Positions 23,363-38,039 of a stretch of DNA of 64,000 nucleotides are shown piece after piece (positions within the stretch are counted from its first letter, which is position 1; every line of letters starts with the position of its first letter). A program made the translations under genes and the position numbers. The stretch covers positions 35,216,001 to 35,280,000 of the forward strand of contig OZ024754.1 of assembly GCA_964016885.1 (NCBI GenBank), read 5' to 3'. The DNA is from Eledone cirrhosa (Eukaryota). Under the pieces are notes generated by a model. It worked only from the letters and a program-made list of their open reading frames with translations, was not told where the DNA came from and did not search any database.

Positions 23363-24420
23363 TCATCATCATCATCGTTTAACGTCTATCTTCCACGCTA
23401 GCATGGGTTTAGACGGGAATTGTCCCACGTGAGGCAAGATTGGTCGTCTCGCTCCTATGGGACTGTCTGGCGGGTTTTCTACGGCTGGATGCCCTTCCTA
23501 ACACCAACCACGTTTACAGTGTGGACTGGGAGGTTTTTACCGTGTTACCTACACGGCCACATTACAGCGTGGACTGTCTGGCGGGTTTTCTACGGCTGGA
23601 TGCCCTTCCTAACACCAACCACGTTTACAGTGTGGACTGGGAGGTTTTTACCGTGTTACCTACACGGCCACATTACAGCGTGGACTGTCTGGCGGGTTTT
23701 CTACGGCTGGATGCCCTTCCTAACACCAACCACATTTACAGTGTGGACTGGGAGGTTTTTACCGTGTTACCTACACGGCCACATTACAGCGTGGACTGTC
23801 TGGCGGGTTTTCTACGGCTGGATGCCCTTCCTAACACCAACCACATTTACAGTGTGGACTGGGAGGTTTTTACCGTGTTACCTACACGGCCACATTACAG
23901 CGTGGACTGTCTGGCGGGTTTTCTACGGCTGGATGCCCTTCCTAACACCAACCACGTTTACAGTGTGGACTGGGAGGTTTTTACCGTGTTACCTACACGG
24001 CCACATTACAGCGTGGACTGTCTGGCGGGTTTTCTACGGCTGGATGCCCTTCCTAACACCAACCACGTTTACAGTGTGGACTGGGAGGTTTTTACCGTGT
24101 TACCTACACGGCCACATTACAGCGTGGACTGTCTGGCGAGTTTTCTACGGCTGGATGCCCTTCCTAACACCAACCACGTTTACAGTGTGGACTGGGAGGT
24201 TTTTACCGTGTTACCTACACAGCCACATTACAGCGTGGACTGTGTGTGTTTTTTCTCGTGACACCTACACGACCTCATTTATTTAGGACTGGATGTTGTG
24301 GCACCAACATAACTTTACAGAGAAAGGGGTCGTGTAGATGGGGGTGGGGTAAGGGTAGTGGGATGGGGGTCTATTTTTGGTTAGGAGGAGCCTACTGACT
24401 GTAGGTTTCGCTTTGCACTT
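23363..24420 (-). mobile_element. Meta-domain-type SINE-derived element with seven internal 111-bp tandem units (about 23460-24242)
   Basis: Minus strand GTGGTTGGTGTTAGGAAGGGCATCCAGCCGTAGAAA core with (GAT)n tail; 37-aa periodicity of ORFs 23420-24286. Related copies near 20040-20410, 28280-28620, 33880-34325, 44800-45090. Confidence 0.85.
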
Positions 24421-24744
24421 AGACAAGGCGGGTCTTCTGTATTACTGCGTAGCGCCAAAGATCTCGGTCCAGTGACATTGTCTTGGAGAGGTGTAAGTGT
24501 GTAAGGTCGTAATTTATCAAATCGTCCCAGGTTTTTCTGGGTCTGGGTCTGCCTACTCCGTAGCTTCCGTCTATTTTGATCGCCCTGCACTTTTTTATAC
24601 AGCTGTTGTCTTTCATGCACATCAGGTGACCGTACCAACGTAGTCGTCTCTCGAGTAAACAGCATCTGATCCCTCTTATTCCTAATTTCTCACTTAGTTC
24701 ATTTATGCTTTGCCGTTCACGTTTATATATATATATATATATAT

Positions 24745-25035
24745 ATTACAATAGCTATCACACATCCACATATATTACAATAGCTATCACACACACACAT
24801 ATATATAACAGTAGCTATCACACATCCACATATATTACAATAGCTATCACACACACACATATATATAACAGTAGCTATCACACATCCACATATATTACAA
24901 TAGCTATCACACACACACATATATATAACAGTAGCTATCACACATCCACATATATTACAATAGCTATCACACACACACATATATATAACAGTAGCTATCA
25001 CACATCTACATATATATTACAATAGCTATCACAAA
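24745..25035. repeat. 60-bp tandem repeat (two related 30-bp subunits)
   Basis: TACAATAGCTATCACACACACACATATATATAACAGTAGCTATCACACATCCACATATAT repeated about 4.5 times. Confidence 0.9.
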
Positions 25036-25272
25036 CACACACAGTCACACATGCACTTACATATATATATACTACATTAGCAGCTATCATACGCACACAC
25101 ATATATATAACAGAAAGGCTATCATACACATACATATATATAATAGAACAGTTGTTATCATATTGTAAATCAATAACCTGAACATTGTAATTCCATCATT
25201 CACCTTAATTATATCAATTACAATATCTCTCCACTGATCTGATAAGAATTATTACGCATCTATAACAACTGC

Positions 25273-25305
<33 letters not shown>

Positions 25306-25369
25306 CCATCTATCTCTCTCTCTATATATATATATACGCATCTATAACAACTGCTATATATATTCTATT

Positions 25370-26072
25370 CTAGGGCGGGTAAAATTCCTGAGATCCAAAG
25401 ACGAGTTCTCTCCTGCGGTCTCTGTCCCTCATTATCACTGCCATGTCCCACGTCTCCAACAGACCAGTGTCTGTCCTTAGGGCATCAACATACGTTAACC
25501 TTGGTCTTCCTCTTTCAGTGTGTCCATGTAGGGGCTCCCACATGAGCACTGAGTGCAGTGTCAACTCTGGATGTTGGTGAGCATGTCCGGCTAACCTCAG
25601 TCTCCTCTGTGTCACTTTTGAGCTGACTTTTGGGAGGCTCCCATACAGCTCTGAGTTTTTCATCCTCAGTGTATACAGATTAATGTTCAGAGACATTCTC
25701 AGCATTCTCGTATAGCACCCATCCACCATCTGAGTGAGTTTCTTGGTCAGTGTCCAAGTCTCAGACCCGTACAGCAGCACAGACTCCACTACAGCAACGA
25801 AGAGGCGGATTTTCAGGTCTTTATGAAGGTCCGACTTCCACACCGATCTCAAGCTGTGGCACACCGCCCAGGCTTTGCTCTTGCTCTCAACCACATCATC
25901 TTCTGTATTCCCAATCTTTGCTCCCAAATACAGGAAGTCCTCAACCAATTCTAGCGGCTTCCCGCCTACATTAGTGATCCCCTCTGCCTTCTAAACATTC
26001 TCGACCAGATATTTTGTTTTAGTCTCATTCATTCTCAGCCCCACACTCATCGACACAGTCTCAACCTCTCGC
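25370..26072 (-). mobile_element. RTE-clade LINE 3' fragment (RT C-terminal region)
   Basis: VEDFLYLG...KIRLFVAVVESVLLYGSETWTLT...RRLRLAGH...GRPRLTYVD. Confidence 0.9.
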
Positions 26073-27049
26073 ATATCCATATCCATCTATCCCTCTCTCT
26101 CTATATATATGATGTATGTATGTATGTAATTGTATCTATATATAAATATAATGTGGGTAATATACTATATGTATATATCATCATCATCATCATCATTTTA
26201 CGTCCGCTTTTCCCTGCTTGCAAGGGTGGGACGGGAACTGATTCTGGCTTGATTTCTACAGCTGGATGCCCTTCCTAACACCAACCTCATTTACAGTGAG
26301 TGCTGGGTGCTTTTTTGCCGTGGCACCTCCACGACCACTTTACAGTGGAATGATAGGGACCCCAGTCCCTATCATCTCATTTCTACAGCTGAGTAAACTG
26401 GAGCAACGTGAAATAAAGCGTCTTGCTCAAGGAAACAACACATCACCCGGTCTGAGAATTGAACTCACAACCTTTCGATTGCAAGCCCAATGCTCTAACC
26501 ACTAAGCCATGCACCTTCATTGTATGTATGTATATATCTATATATATGTATGTGTGTGTATATATAGATATATAGAAATATAGATATGTATATATATTAT
26601 ATATATATATATATTTGTATGTATCATCATCATGGTTTAACGTCCATTTTCCATGCTAGCATGAGTTAGACGGGTTGTCCTATTTGAGGCAAGTCAGGTC
26701 AGGTGACCATGTCTTGCTCATACAGAACTGTTTCTAGCTTGGTTACTATGGTTGGATGCTCTTCCTAACAACAACCATATTTACAGTATGTGCTAGGTGC
26801 TTTTTGTTATGACACCTACATGACCACTTTACAGTGTGGGCTGGGTGCTTTTTGACGTGGCACCAAAATGACCATTTTACAGTGTGAACTGAGGACTTTG
26901 GTGGGAGAGGTGTGTGGGGATTGGGGAGGTAGAGATAGGGGCATGTGTGAGGAGAGGAGTGTTAGGATATAGGTGAGGTTTTAGGACGTTGGAGGCGTAT
27001 GGAAGGGGGATGGAGGTGAAGGTGGTGCCTACTAGATGTATGCTTCAGC

Positions 27050-27800
27050 CTGTGCTCATGGGAAGGTAGTTCTTCTGTATTACTGCATAATCCCAGAGAT
27101 CTTGGTCCAGAGCCATCGCTTTGCAAGTCAGCTTTAATCACCACCTCCCAAGTCTTCCTGGGTCTTTCTACTCCATCAACTTTGAGTGTTCTTGTCATCC
27201 TTCATATGCATTACATGTCCATACCAACACAATCTCTTCTTCGGCACACTGCATCTGATCCCTCTTATGCCCAGTTTCTCACTCAGTTCATTTACACTTT
27301 GCAGTTCACATATATTACTATTACACATCCATCAGACCATGCAAGCTTTACGTCCTTTTAATCTTCGTAAGTTCTCTGCATACAGTACCCAGGTCTCACT
27401 ACCATGCAACATTGCTGTTCGTTTACACGCATCATACAGTTTCCCTTTCATTTTGAAGGGAAAACCTTTTGTAGCAAGTAGCAGTAGTAGCTCCCTGGAC
27501 TTCCTCCATCTTGTTCTTACTCTGGCTCCTGTACTTTCGGAACACCCTCCTCCATTGCTAATTTGGGCACCCAGGTAACAGAAACTGTCAAATATTTCTA
27601 CAGAGTCCTCTGGGCATTTGAAGGTGTTAGTATTTTGTGGACTCTTGCTTCTTAGTGCACCTGTGCATCGGCTGCATATAAAACCTATCTTGTTTGATAG
27701 CTTGCCTGTGATCCCACTGCATCTTTTGTGCACCCCTAGCATGCATTTAGGACATAGGATGGAATTTCTGCCTACTCCTTTCCTGCACACCAAGGAATAG
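27050..27800 (-). mobile_element. RTE-clade LINE fragment with Cys-rich (PHD-like) insert
   Basis: VCRKGVGRNSILCPKCMLGVHKRCSG...FICSRC...DSFCYLG...AMLHGSETW. Confidence 0.85.
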
Positions 27801-27948
27801 GTGCTCTTTTGTCATGTTTCCTTAAAATAGTTTTTGGTGGATTTTATTGAAGAATATGTAATATGTAAAAAAAATTATGATGAAAAATGATAATCAGCAA
27901 ACATTTTAATTCTTTTACTGGTTTCAGTTGTGTGTTTGTAAGATACAG

Positions 27949-27988
<40 letters not shown>

Positions 27989-29179
27989 ATATATCTATAC
28001 ATGTATGTATATATGCGTGGGGACATGGAAATACTTGGTTTGGTGTTCGAGCATGCGGTTAACCCACTGGGAGTGAGAGACCCTTGGTTCTTGTTAGGAC
28101 ATTAGTCTAGACAAAGGAAAACTCTGAAGTAAAACCTGCAACTCAACGGCAGCCAATAATGTTGACCTGTTCTTCTTTTTGGATACCTGTTACCATTGTT
28201 TATAGAGTGGGATTGGTCCAATGCAGGCCTTTCTTCACCTAAAAGAGTTTCAAGCTCAGTCATTCAGTCATCATTTAATCATCATCATCATCATCATCAG
28301 GTTTAGCGTCTGTGTTCCACGCTTGCGTGGGTTTGGACGGGGGTTTTCCCACTTGAGGCAAGAGTGGTTGTCTTGCTCGCATAGGACTGTCTGGCGGGTT
28401 TTCTACAGTTGGATGCCCTTCCTAACACCAACCACATTTACAGTGTGAGGCTGGGAGGTTTTTACCGTGTTGCCTACACGGCCACATTACAGCGTGGACT
28501 GTCTGGCGGGTTTTCTGCAGCTGGATGCCCTTCCTAACACCAACCACATTTACAGTGTGGGGCTGGGAGGTTTTTACCATGTTGCCTACACGGCCACATT
28601 TACAGCGTGGACTGTGTGTTTTTTTGTCGTGACACCTACATAATAATAATAATAATAATGAAATTATTGTGTAAAGTGCTCAGGTGCACTACAACTCGTC
28701 AATATAGTACATAGAATAATACACAAATGTCAGGGAAGTACATGTGTGTATGTGTTAGCTGTAGTGTTGGCGGATCTCGGGAAGCATGGAGGCCTTAAAG
28801 GATGCAGTGTCTCGACAGCTAACAACTGATGCAGGTAGTTTGTTCCATGCTTCAGCAATGATTTAAATGACTTTCACCTGTATTGTGTGAGCATGACCTT
28901 TTCTTTTTTCTTTTGCTGAAGCATATGCAGAAAGGAATCTAAATCATTGGCAGGGCTAAAAAGTCATGTTCATGCCACCCATATATGAGAAAAGATCAAA
29001 TGACGGCAATTATCAAAACTGACAATCAGCAATTATATATATTAAGTGGCTATCCTGGTCTGGTTGCGTAAGCTGAGTTTAGGAGGATGGGTGGTCCATG
29101 TTTTATTAGCCGAATTTGGAGAGTGAGTATGGTTTAGTTTGGCAGGAGTCATGGGTACAGGTTGGCGTTTGGTTTCGGG

Positions 29180-29447
29180 CAGGCATGTCAAACACGCAGC
29201 CCGCATGCTGCACGCGGCTTTTTACACGCAAACCTGCGACCCACACAAACATTTTTACAGCACGAGCATCTTTTATCTTTGTAATATATAATTAAAAAAA
29301 AATAGTTGTAATGTGTACAATTAGTTGCACAATCAGTGACCCTCAGACAACACATGTGACTCATGTGGCCCTCAAACAACACATGTGACCCATGTGGCCC
29401 TCAGACAACCATGTGGCCCTCGGGAGACCCTCAGTTTGACATGCCTG
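29180..29447. mobile_element. hAT-family MITE (same family)
   Basis: Same TIRs; TSD GTTTCGGG / GTTTAGGG with one mismatch. Confidence 0.9.
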
Positions 29448-30169
29448 GTTTAGGGGGTTTGTTGAGAGTCAGTAGACTGATTGGAGCAATAACGGTATTA
29501 TTTATGTATATATGTAGAAAGCTTGCAAAACAAGGGGTTAGGAGGATCCTTTAGTTTGTGTCAAAAACACAACAACTTCTCCCCAGCTCCCAATAATGAT
29601 TGTACGGTTGTTTTTCATTGGCACAGGTTGAACAAGTTGGTTGTCAACGATCATCAAAATGTACGTACCTGGTATGGCACCATTGTAGTTCTGATCTGAA
29701 TAATCATATACAGTCAGTAGGCCCCTCTTAACCCAATATACACCCCACCCGCACACCCTACTCCATCCTCCCATTTCCGTCAACTGTAAAGTGGTTGTGT
29801 AGGTGACACGACAAAAAGCACCCAGTCTACACTGTAAAGTGGTCGTGTAGGAGACACGGTAAAAAGGCTCCCAGTCTACACTGTAAATGTGGTTGGTATT
29901 AGGAAGGGCATACAGCCGTAGAAAACCTGACAGAAATAGTTCTGTACAAGCAAGACACGGTCACCCAACTAATCTTGCTTCAAGTGGGACAAACCCGTCC
30001 AACCCCTGCTAGTGTTGAAGATGGACGTTAAACGATGATGATGATGATGGGGATGTGTGTAAGAACAATGAAAACAAAACTCAGGTCAGAGATAGGTCGT
30101 TAATTAGTTCATTGTTTTATGATCATTTCAGTGGATTGATTGATTGATAATGATTTATATATATGTATG

Positions 30170-30223
<54 letters not shown>

Positions 30224-30647
30224 AAAAGCACCCAGCCCACACTGTAAAGTGGTTGTGTAGGTGTCAGGACAAAAAGCATCCAGTCCACACTGTAAAGTGG
30301 TTGTGTAGGTGTCAGGACAAAAAGCACCCAGTCCACACTGTAAAGTGATCATGTAGGTGTCAGGACAAAAAGCACCCAGTCTACACTGTGAAGTGATCAT
30401 GTAGGTGTCAGGACAAAAAGCACCCAGTCTACACTGTGAAGTGATCATGTAGGTGTCAGGACAAAAAGCACCCAGTCCACACTGTAAATGTGTTTGGCAT
30501 TAGGAAGGGCATCCAGCTGTAGAAACAGTTCTATATGAACAAGAGACGGTCACCTGACCCAACTTGCTTCAAACGGGACAACCTGTCTAACCCATGCTAG
30601 CATGGAAGTGGACGTTAAATGATGATGATGATGATATATATATATAT

Positions 30648-31190
30648 CTAGGGTGGGTAAAATTCCTGAGATCCATGAACGAGTTCTCTCCAGCAGTCTC
30701 TGTTCTTCATCATCGCCACCATGTCCTGCTTCTCCCAGAGACCAGTGTCTGTCCTTAGGGCATCAATATATGTCAACCTCGGTCTCCCTCTTCTAGTGTG
30801 TCCGTGTAGGGGGCTCCCACAGGACCACTTAGTGCAGTGTCAACTCTGAATGTCGGTGAGGATGTCCAGCTAACCCCAGTCTCCTCTGTGTTACTTTCGA
30901 GCTGACCTTTGGGAGGCTCTTGTACAGCTCTGAGTTCTTCATCCTCAGTGTATACTGATTAATGTTCAGAGCCATCCTCAGCATTCTCATAGACTATTGT
31001 ATGTGCCTTGCACTGGAGAAACACCAAGACTCTGGCTTTACTCTGGCACTGGCTCAGAGCAGAAGAGTTAAGGCTAAAAAGATATCAGATGCTGAATTTG
31101 CTGATGACATAGTTCTGGTGACAAACACAGTGAAGGAGGCAAAGGAGTTGATGCAGGAGGTGGAGACTGTGTCAACGAGTGTGGGGCTGA
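30648..31190. mobile_element. RTE LINE insertion with an inverted 5' segment
   Basis: 30648-30988 is the minus-strand 3' end (homologous to 25370-25710); 30988-31190 is plus-strand upstream RT sequence (SDAEFADDIVLV). Confidence 0.75.
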
Positions 31191-34100
31191 TATATATACA
31201 TCATCATCATCACCGTTTTACGTCCGTTCTTCCACACTAGCATGGGTTAGACGGGTTGTCCTGTTGTGGGCAGTGTCTGGTCGGCTGACCATGCCTTGCT
31301 CATACAGGAACTGATTTGGCTTGATTTCTACAGCTGGATGCCCTTCCTAACACCAACCTCATTTACAGTGAGTGCTGGGTGCTTTTTCGTGGCGCCTACA
31401 CGTCCACTTTACAGTGTGGGCTGGGTGCTTTTTTGCCGTGGCACCTCCACGACCACCTTGCAGTGGGAGGGTGTGGGGGCATATTGTCTATATGCTTCAG
31501 CTTGTACCCATGGGAGGTCGGGTACTCTGTATTACTGCATGATGCCAGAGGTCACGGTCGTGTGTCATCGCCTTTGAGACATATATACATATATATTTTG
31601 TACCTAACTCCGTGTAGTTAGTTATTTGTCTAGTCAATTTCTACAGGCTAAAAGAAATAACTGGATAAATTTTATATGGCTGTACATCGCGGAAGATAGT
31701 CTCTTTCATTTGTCTATTATTTCTTCATAATTACATTTTAAACTTATAGACTCGTTTAAATTAATTTTTATGTGGTTGATTTATACGGACTAGGAAAGGA
31801 AATACTGTATATATTTTATCTAATAGTTCTTCAGACTTGCAATTTTATATATATATATATACAGTGTGATAATGTATGGTATATTAAATGATACAGTATT
31901 ATAATGTATGATGTATTAGATACAATATTATAATGTATGATGTATTAGATACAATATTATAATGTATGATGTATTAGATATATTGTTATAATGTTTTGTG
32001 TATTAGATATAATGTATGAGTTTATTTGATGATACAGTGAGATGATCCAGGTTGTTTTGCTGACAGATGATCAGAATTTTCTGAAGTGAAATTGGTTGAA
32101 TTCATCCTTGTTTCCATTACAATATATAAAGTTCATCCAGCTTAAGATTACAATGGTATTTTCCATATGTTCAGTAGTAACCCTTTCATTATTACATGTA
32201 TAATAATTATATGTATAACATGCGGGGTTGATAAAATAAACTACAACTAATGCACTAGGGTTGATTTAATCAACTTCCCTTATCCCAAAATCTTTGGCCT
32301 TTCACCTAAATCTGAAACAATTATTGTATGTATATATATTGTTATACTAAAGGAGGGTCATGTTGCCAATAAAAAACACATGCACCAGTTGAATTTCACT
32401 TCAGTTTTAGTATTAGTTAGGTGACTAGTCCATTCCTTGCTTAATTTAGCAGATGTAAAAGCTATACTTGTTACCTTCAATTCTGTGTTTGTGTCTACTC
32501 TTAGCTATGGTCATGAATCTTTGTCATCAATCAAAAGAATATAATTGTAAAAACAAGCAGCTGTAATGGGGTCCCTCCAAAGGGGCTTTGGAGTAGCATT
32601 CCTTGAAAGGATGTGAAGCATGGAGATGATGATGTCCCTCGAGGTAGATCTGCTTCTTTTCCACACCAAGAGATCACATCTCCGACACTAGAAACTTGTG
32701 ATTAGACAATCTAAGGAAAGAATTGCTGGACATAGTTTATGGGCTAAGTCAACTGGCATAAAACCCTAAGTATATTGGTTCCATAACATCCATATGTTTG
32801 GTTGGTCTTACTTGGGGATCCAGCTGAATCATTTGGAGATCACTGTTTCTGATAAGACCCCCGGGAAGGCATCTCTGAGGACTCTATCTCTACACTTTTT
32901 TCAGGAATATGTTAGCAATGAGATCCAGCTGGAACTCTTCTCCACAGCATTAGCTATTGTCTTAATGGCTTTGGTCCTCTTTCCTCCTGAGATTGAGAGC
33001 TGTGTCATGAGACTATAGGCAGAATTTCTTACAAACACTCTGGCTCCAGAGTCTATGGTGAGAACTTTTGTCTGAAAGCTGGTTTCCCTCAGGCTGCTGG
33101 CTATATTTATGGTAGTTGATAGACTGAGACAGAAAATATTTGGATAACTGTCCTAGATTAATCATGGGTGATGAACAAGGAGTAGGAGAGAAAGCTAGAA
33201 AAACAAATGGAAATGAGAATGGCCCAGTGTATGACTGGAGTATCTCTGAAAGAGAGGAAGACAAACGAATTGTAGAGGAAATTGGGAACAGAAGCAGTGA
33301 TGAATGTTGTGAATGGAATGAGATGACTGGGTCATGTGTTGAGGAAGGCTGAAGGTGACTGATTGAGTGGGTGAGAGGAGTGATGGAAATAAATGTGGAA
33401 GGAAGATGAGGAAGGAGAAGACCAAACAAGGAATGGTTAATGATGATGGAGATAAAAATAAAAGTGATGGAGGAGGTGAGGAGGGGTTCCGATGTTAGAG
33501 CAAAGTGGAGAAGCTTGTGATGTGACGCACAAGACTAACCCCTGCTTTCGCAGTGACAAATTGCTTTAATACACTGTTGTTTTTCCTGATTAAACCAAAT
33601 AAATTGACAAGTTTACAGAAGATTGATTCCTTAGAATCACTATTGCTAATATATTCATCAATATTTCCAAAGATAGAACCCTCTTTTTTTCATCTTCTGC
33701 TTATAATCATTCCATTTGAAATGTTTCTCAACTTGCCATTCATCAAACAACAAATTTATTCATTCTTGATAAGCAGCAGATATTCTATGATGCTTTAGAA
33801 TTTGTCTTGGAGGCTATCTACATGATATTTATACTATATATATATATATATATATATATATCTATCAACCCCCCCCCCCCCCCCCCGTCCCACCACCTCC
33901 ACCCCATCCACACCGCCCCTTTCAATGTAAAGTTATGTTGGTCCCACAACATCCAGGCCGAAACAAATGAGATCGTGTAGGTGTCACGACAAAAAAACAC
34001 ACAGTCCACGCTGTAAATGTGGCCGTGTAGGCAACACGGTAAAAACCTCCCAGCCCCACACTGTAAATGTGGTTGGTGTTAGGAAGGGCATCCAGCTGTA

Positions 34101-34322
34101 GAAAACCCGCCAGACAGTCCACGCTGTAATGTGGCCGTGTAGGCAACACGGTAAAAACCTCCCAGCCCCACACTGTAAATGTGGTTGGTGTTAGGAAGGG
34201 CATCCAACTGTAGAAAACCCGCCAGACAGTCCTATGCGAGCAAGACAACCACTCTTGCCTCAAGTGGGAAAACCCCCGTCCAAACCCAAGCAAGCGTGGA
34301 ACACGGACGCTAAACCTGATGA

Positions 34323-34359
<37 letters not shown>

Positions 34360-34463
34360 TATATATAAATATGTAAATACATATATATATATAGTATAAA
34401 TATCATGTAGATAGCCTCCAAGACAAATTCTAAAGCATATATATATATTTACATATTTATATA

Positions 34464-34500
<37 letters not shown>

Positions 34501-34724
34501 TCATATATATATATATATATATATATAAGTATATATAAATATGTAAATATATATATATATATGAGTATATAAATATGTAAATATATATATATTTATATAT
34601 AGATATTATTATTACTATATATAGATATATAAATATGTGTATACATGTATATACAGAGATATAAATGTGTGTATATATATATAGATATAAAATGTGTATA
34701 TATATATATATATATACATATGTG

Positions 34725-34759
<35 letters not shown>

Positions 34760-35217
34760 TACATATTTATATATACTCACATGTCCATGGGATTACAATT
34801 GATTATGAAAGTAGCAATAGTTGTAGGAGGGTTGTGGTTATCTACTACCACAGTTGGATGATGATGATGATGATGATGATGGTGATGGTGATGGTGATGG
34901 TGGTGGTGGTGGTGGTGGTGATACAAGGCTAATCTCCAAACCACAGGACCACAGCTGATTATGAAAGCTGCAAAATAGATTGAGGAAGACTGAGGCTGTC
35001 TGTATTTGCAGTTAAGAGAAGATGTTGATATTATACAGAAAGTATAGCTGCAGCCTGATAACCTTTGTCTTCCCCATTTGAGGGCTGGTGCTGTCCATGG
35101 TTGCTTTACAAAATCTGAATTGCATGTGGGTTGGGGCCTGGTTTAGAGGGGGGGTTATGAGTACAGGTTTACCGTGCTTTCTGAGTGTTTATGGGTTAGG
35201 GTGATCAGTAGTCTTAT

Positions 35218-35855
35218 AAACATACACACACACATATACATACATACACATACATACACACACATACATACACATACATACATACACACACTTACATACA
35301 CATACATACACATACATACACACACTTACACATATACACACACGCATACATATATACACACGCATACATACATACACACACATACATACACACACACACA
35401 CACACATACACACAGATACACACATATACATACATACACACACACACATACACACACACACATACATACACACACATGCACATATACACACACATATATA
35501 CATACATACACATATCCATACATACACATACACACACATATACATTCATACATATACATACACACACATACACATACATACACATACATACATACACACA
35601 CTTACATACACATACATACATACACACACATACACATACACACATATACATATATACACACGCATACATACTTACACACACATACATACACACACTTACA
35701 CACATATATACATACATACATACACACACACATACACACATACATACACACACATGCACATATACACACACATATATACATACATACACATATCCATACA
35801 TACACATACACACACATATACATTCATACATATACATACACACACACATACATAT
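35218..35855. repeat. Compound (CA)/(TA) microsatellite
   Basis: Low-complexity CA/TACA tract giving HT/CV pseudo-ORFs. Confidence 0.95.
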
Positions 35856-37081
35856 GAATTTGTGTCTAAAATGATGGAAAAAATTATTCAATACATATAG
35901 AAGAGTATATTCTTTTTCATTTGTCAGACACTCTGCTTTGCAGCATAGAGTTATGACCCTTTACGTTCTGCAGCATAGAGTTTGCAGCATAGAGTTATGA
36001 CCCTTCACGCTGAGATTAGCTTTGCCTTTAATCCTTATGTGGTCGATAAAATAAAATACCAGTAACATATTTAGGTTGATTTAATCAACTATCTCTTCCT
36101 CCAAAATTGTTGGCCTTGTGCCTAAATCAGAAACCATTATCATAGTTATGGCCCTTTATGTTCTGAGTTCAAATCCCACCTAGGTGGTTAACTTTGCTTT
36201 TCATCCTTACGGGGTTGATAAAATAAGGTACCAGTAATGCATTGGTGTCAATTTAATCAAGTTCCCTTCTCCAAAAATTGTTGGCTTGTGCCTAAATTAG
36301 AAACCTGGCAGTATCGGTAGAGGGTCGGACACCATGCTTTGCAGCAAAGAGTTACGGCCCTTTATAGTCTGAGTTCAAATCCCGCCGAGGATAAAATAAA
36401 GCACCAGTAATAGACTGGGATAATTGCTGGCCTTGGCCCAAAAGTAGAAACAATTGTTATACATGGTGGTGGATTGGCAGTATCAGTAGAAGGTTGGACA
36501 CAATGCTTTGCAGCATAGAGTTGCGGCCCATTACGGTCTGAGTTCAAATCCTGCCAAGGTTAAAGGTTAACTTTCATCCTTACAGGGTCGATAAAATAAA
36601 GCACTCGTAATGCACTGGGATAATTGCTGGCCTTGTGCTGTATTTGGCAAATCAGTTCTTTTGTTTCATTACTTGAATATAATCATTATTCTGAGTTCAA
36701 ATCCCGCTGAGGTTAACTTTGCCTTTCATCTTTATGGGGTCGATAAAATAAAGTACCAGTAATGCACTGGGGTAAATGCTGGCCTCGTGCCAAACGTAGA
36801 AACAATTATTTTAAATTTTATAAACTTAGAATTTGGTACATCTTAAGTGTAAGTAGTTCAAAGTTTAATTATTTTTAATAACATTTTTGCTTATTTTTCT
36901 TGAAAACACACACAAAAAACATATGAGTGTGCAGGAATGTCTGTGTGGTTAAGAGGTTTGTGTTGCATCCTTGTGGTTTTCAGTTCAGTCTTACTGTGTG
37001 GGAGCAAGTCTTTGCTTAACCAATACCTTGTGAGTGAAATTTAGTAAATGGAAACTGCACAGAAGTCCACCATCTTGTGTG

Positions 37082-37117
<36 letters not shown>

Positions 37118-38039
37118 AGTATTTGTTCATGTCTATCTGTGTCTGTTTGGATTGATAAAATGAATACTAATGTCAATATACTTGACTAAAACCTTTTAAG
37201 ACAATGTCCAAGCATAGCCGCAGACTAATAACTGAAACCATTTGAAAAATATGAAGGTATAGCTTATAGCTATATATATAAATATTTTCTACACACACAC
37301 ACAGTATGTTCTGCCCCCATGACAAGAAAGGGTAGAGAGGATGATTTGGCTCTGACAAGCACTTGTCAACATTTTTAGAGCTAGTGCTATGATAATATGC
37401 TCCCAATACACACTGGGAAATGGTAGTGTTGGTGCCATGATAAAATACACACAGTACACTCTGTAAAGTGGTAGTGTTGGTGCCATTATAACATTGTCAC
37501 AGTACACACAGTAAAGTGGGAGTGTTGGTGCCTTGATAAGATTATTCCACTACACACTGTAAAGTGGTAGTGTTGGTGCCATGATAAAATTCACTCAGTA
37601 CACACTATAAAGTAGTTGGCATTAGGAAGGACATCCAGCTGTAGAAAGTAAGCCAAATATGGGACAATTTTATCATGGTGCCAATACTGCCAGTGATTCC
37701 AATTAAAAACAACTGCACAGGGCAGACGTGGACCCCGTAAGCCATAGTAAAGGTAACTCGTCTATGAAAGCAGTGACTCTGATATCAAAACCACTGCATG
37801 GGGCAGATGTGGGCCCCATAAGCTGTAGTGAAGGCTACCCGTCTAGGAGAGTAGACACTCCAAATAAAAACTGATACAGGGTGGAGTGAACTCTGAAGTC
37901 TGGTGAGACAACCTCTCTAGTGCTGGTGGCATGAGCAATGCGCCCAGTCCAAGCTGTAAAGTGGTTGGTGATAGGAAGGGCATCCAGCCAGTAAAACCCA
38001 GCTGAAATTATGAAAAGCACGACCAATATGATTTCCACT

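Noticed and set aside
23420-24286. Long ORFs of 288 and 273 aa
   Set aside because: Artefacts of a 111-bp tandem repeat within a SINE-derived element
29590-29660. Minus-strand TTGATGA...GAAA hammerhead-like string
   Set aside because: C3 is mutated and stems I and III are unpaired; at best a dead remnant
32060-32110. CAGATGA-TCAGAATTTTCTGA-AGT-GAAA motif
   Set aside because: No stem I complementarity and wrong spacing before GAAA
34457-35891. Tyr/Ile- and His/Thr-rich ORFs (also 40613-41455, 57448-58043, 60563-61070, 62710-63110)
   Set aside because: Translations of TA, CA and GATA microsatellites
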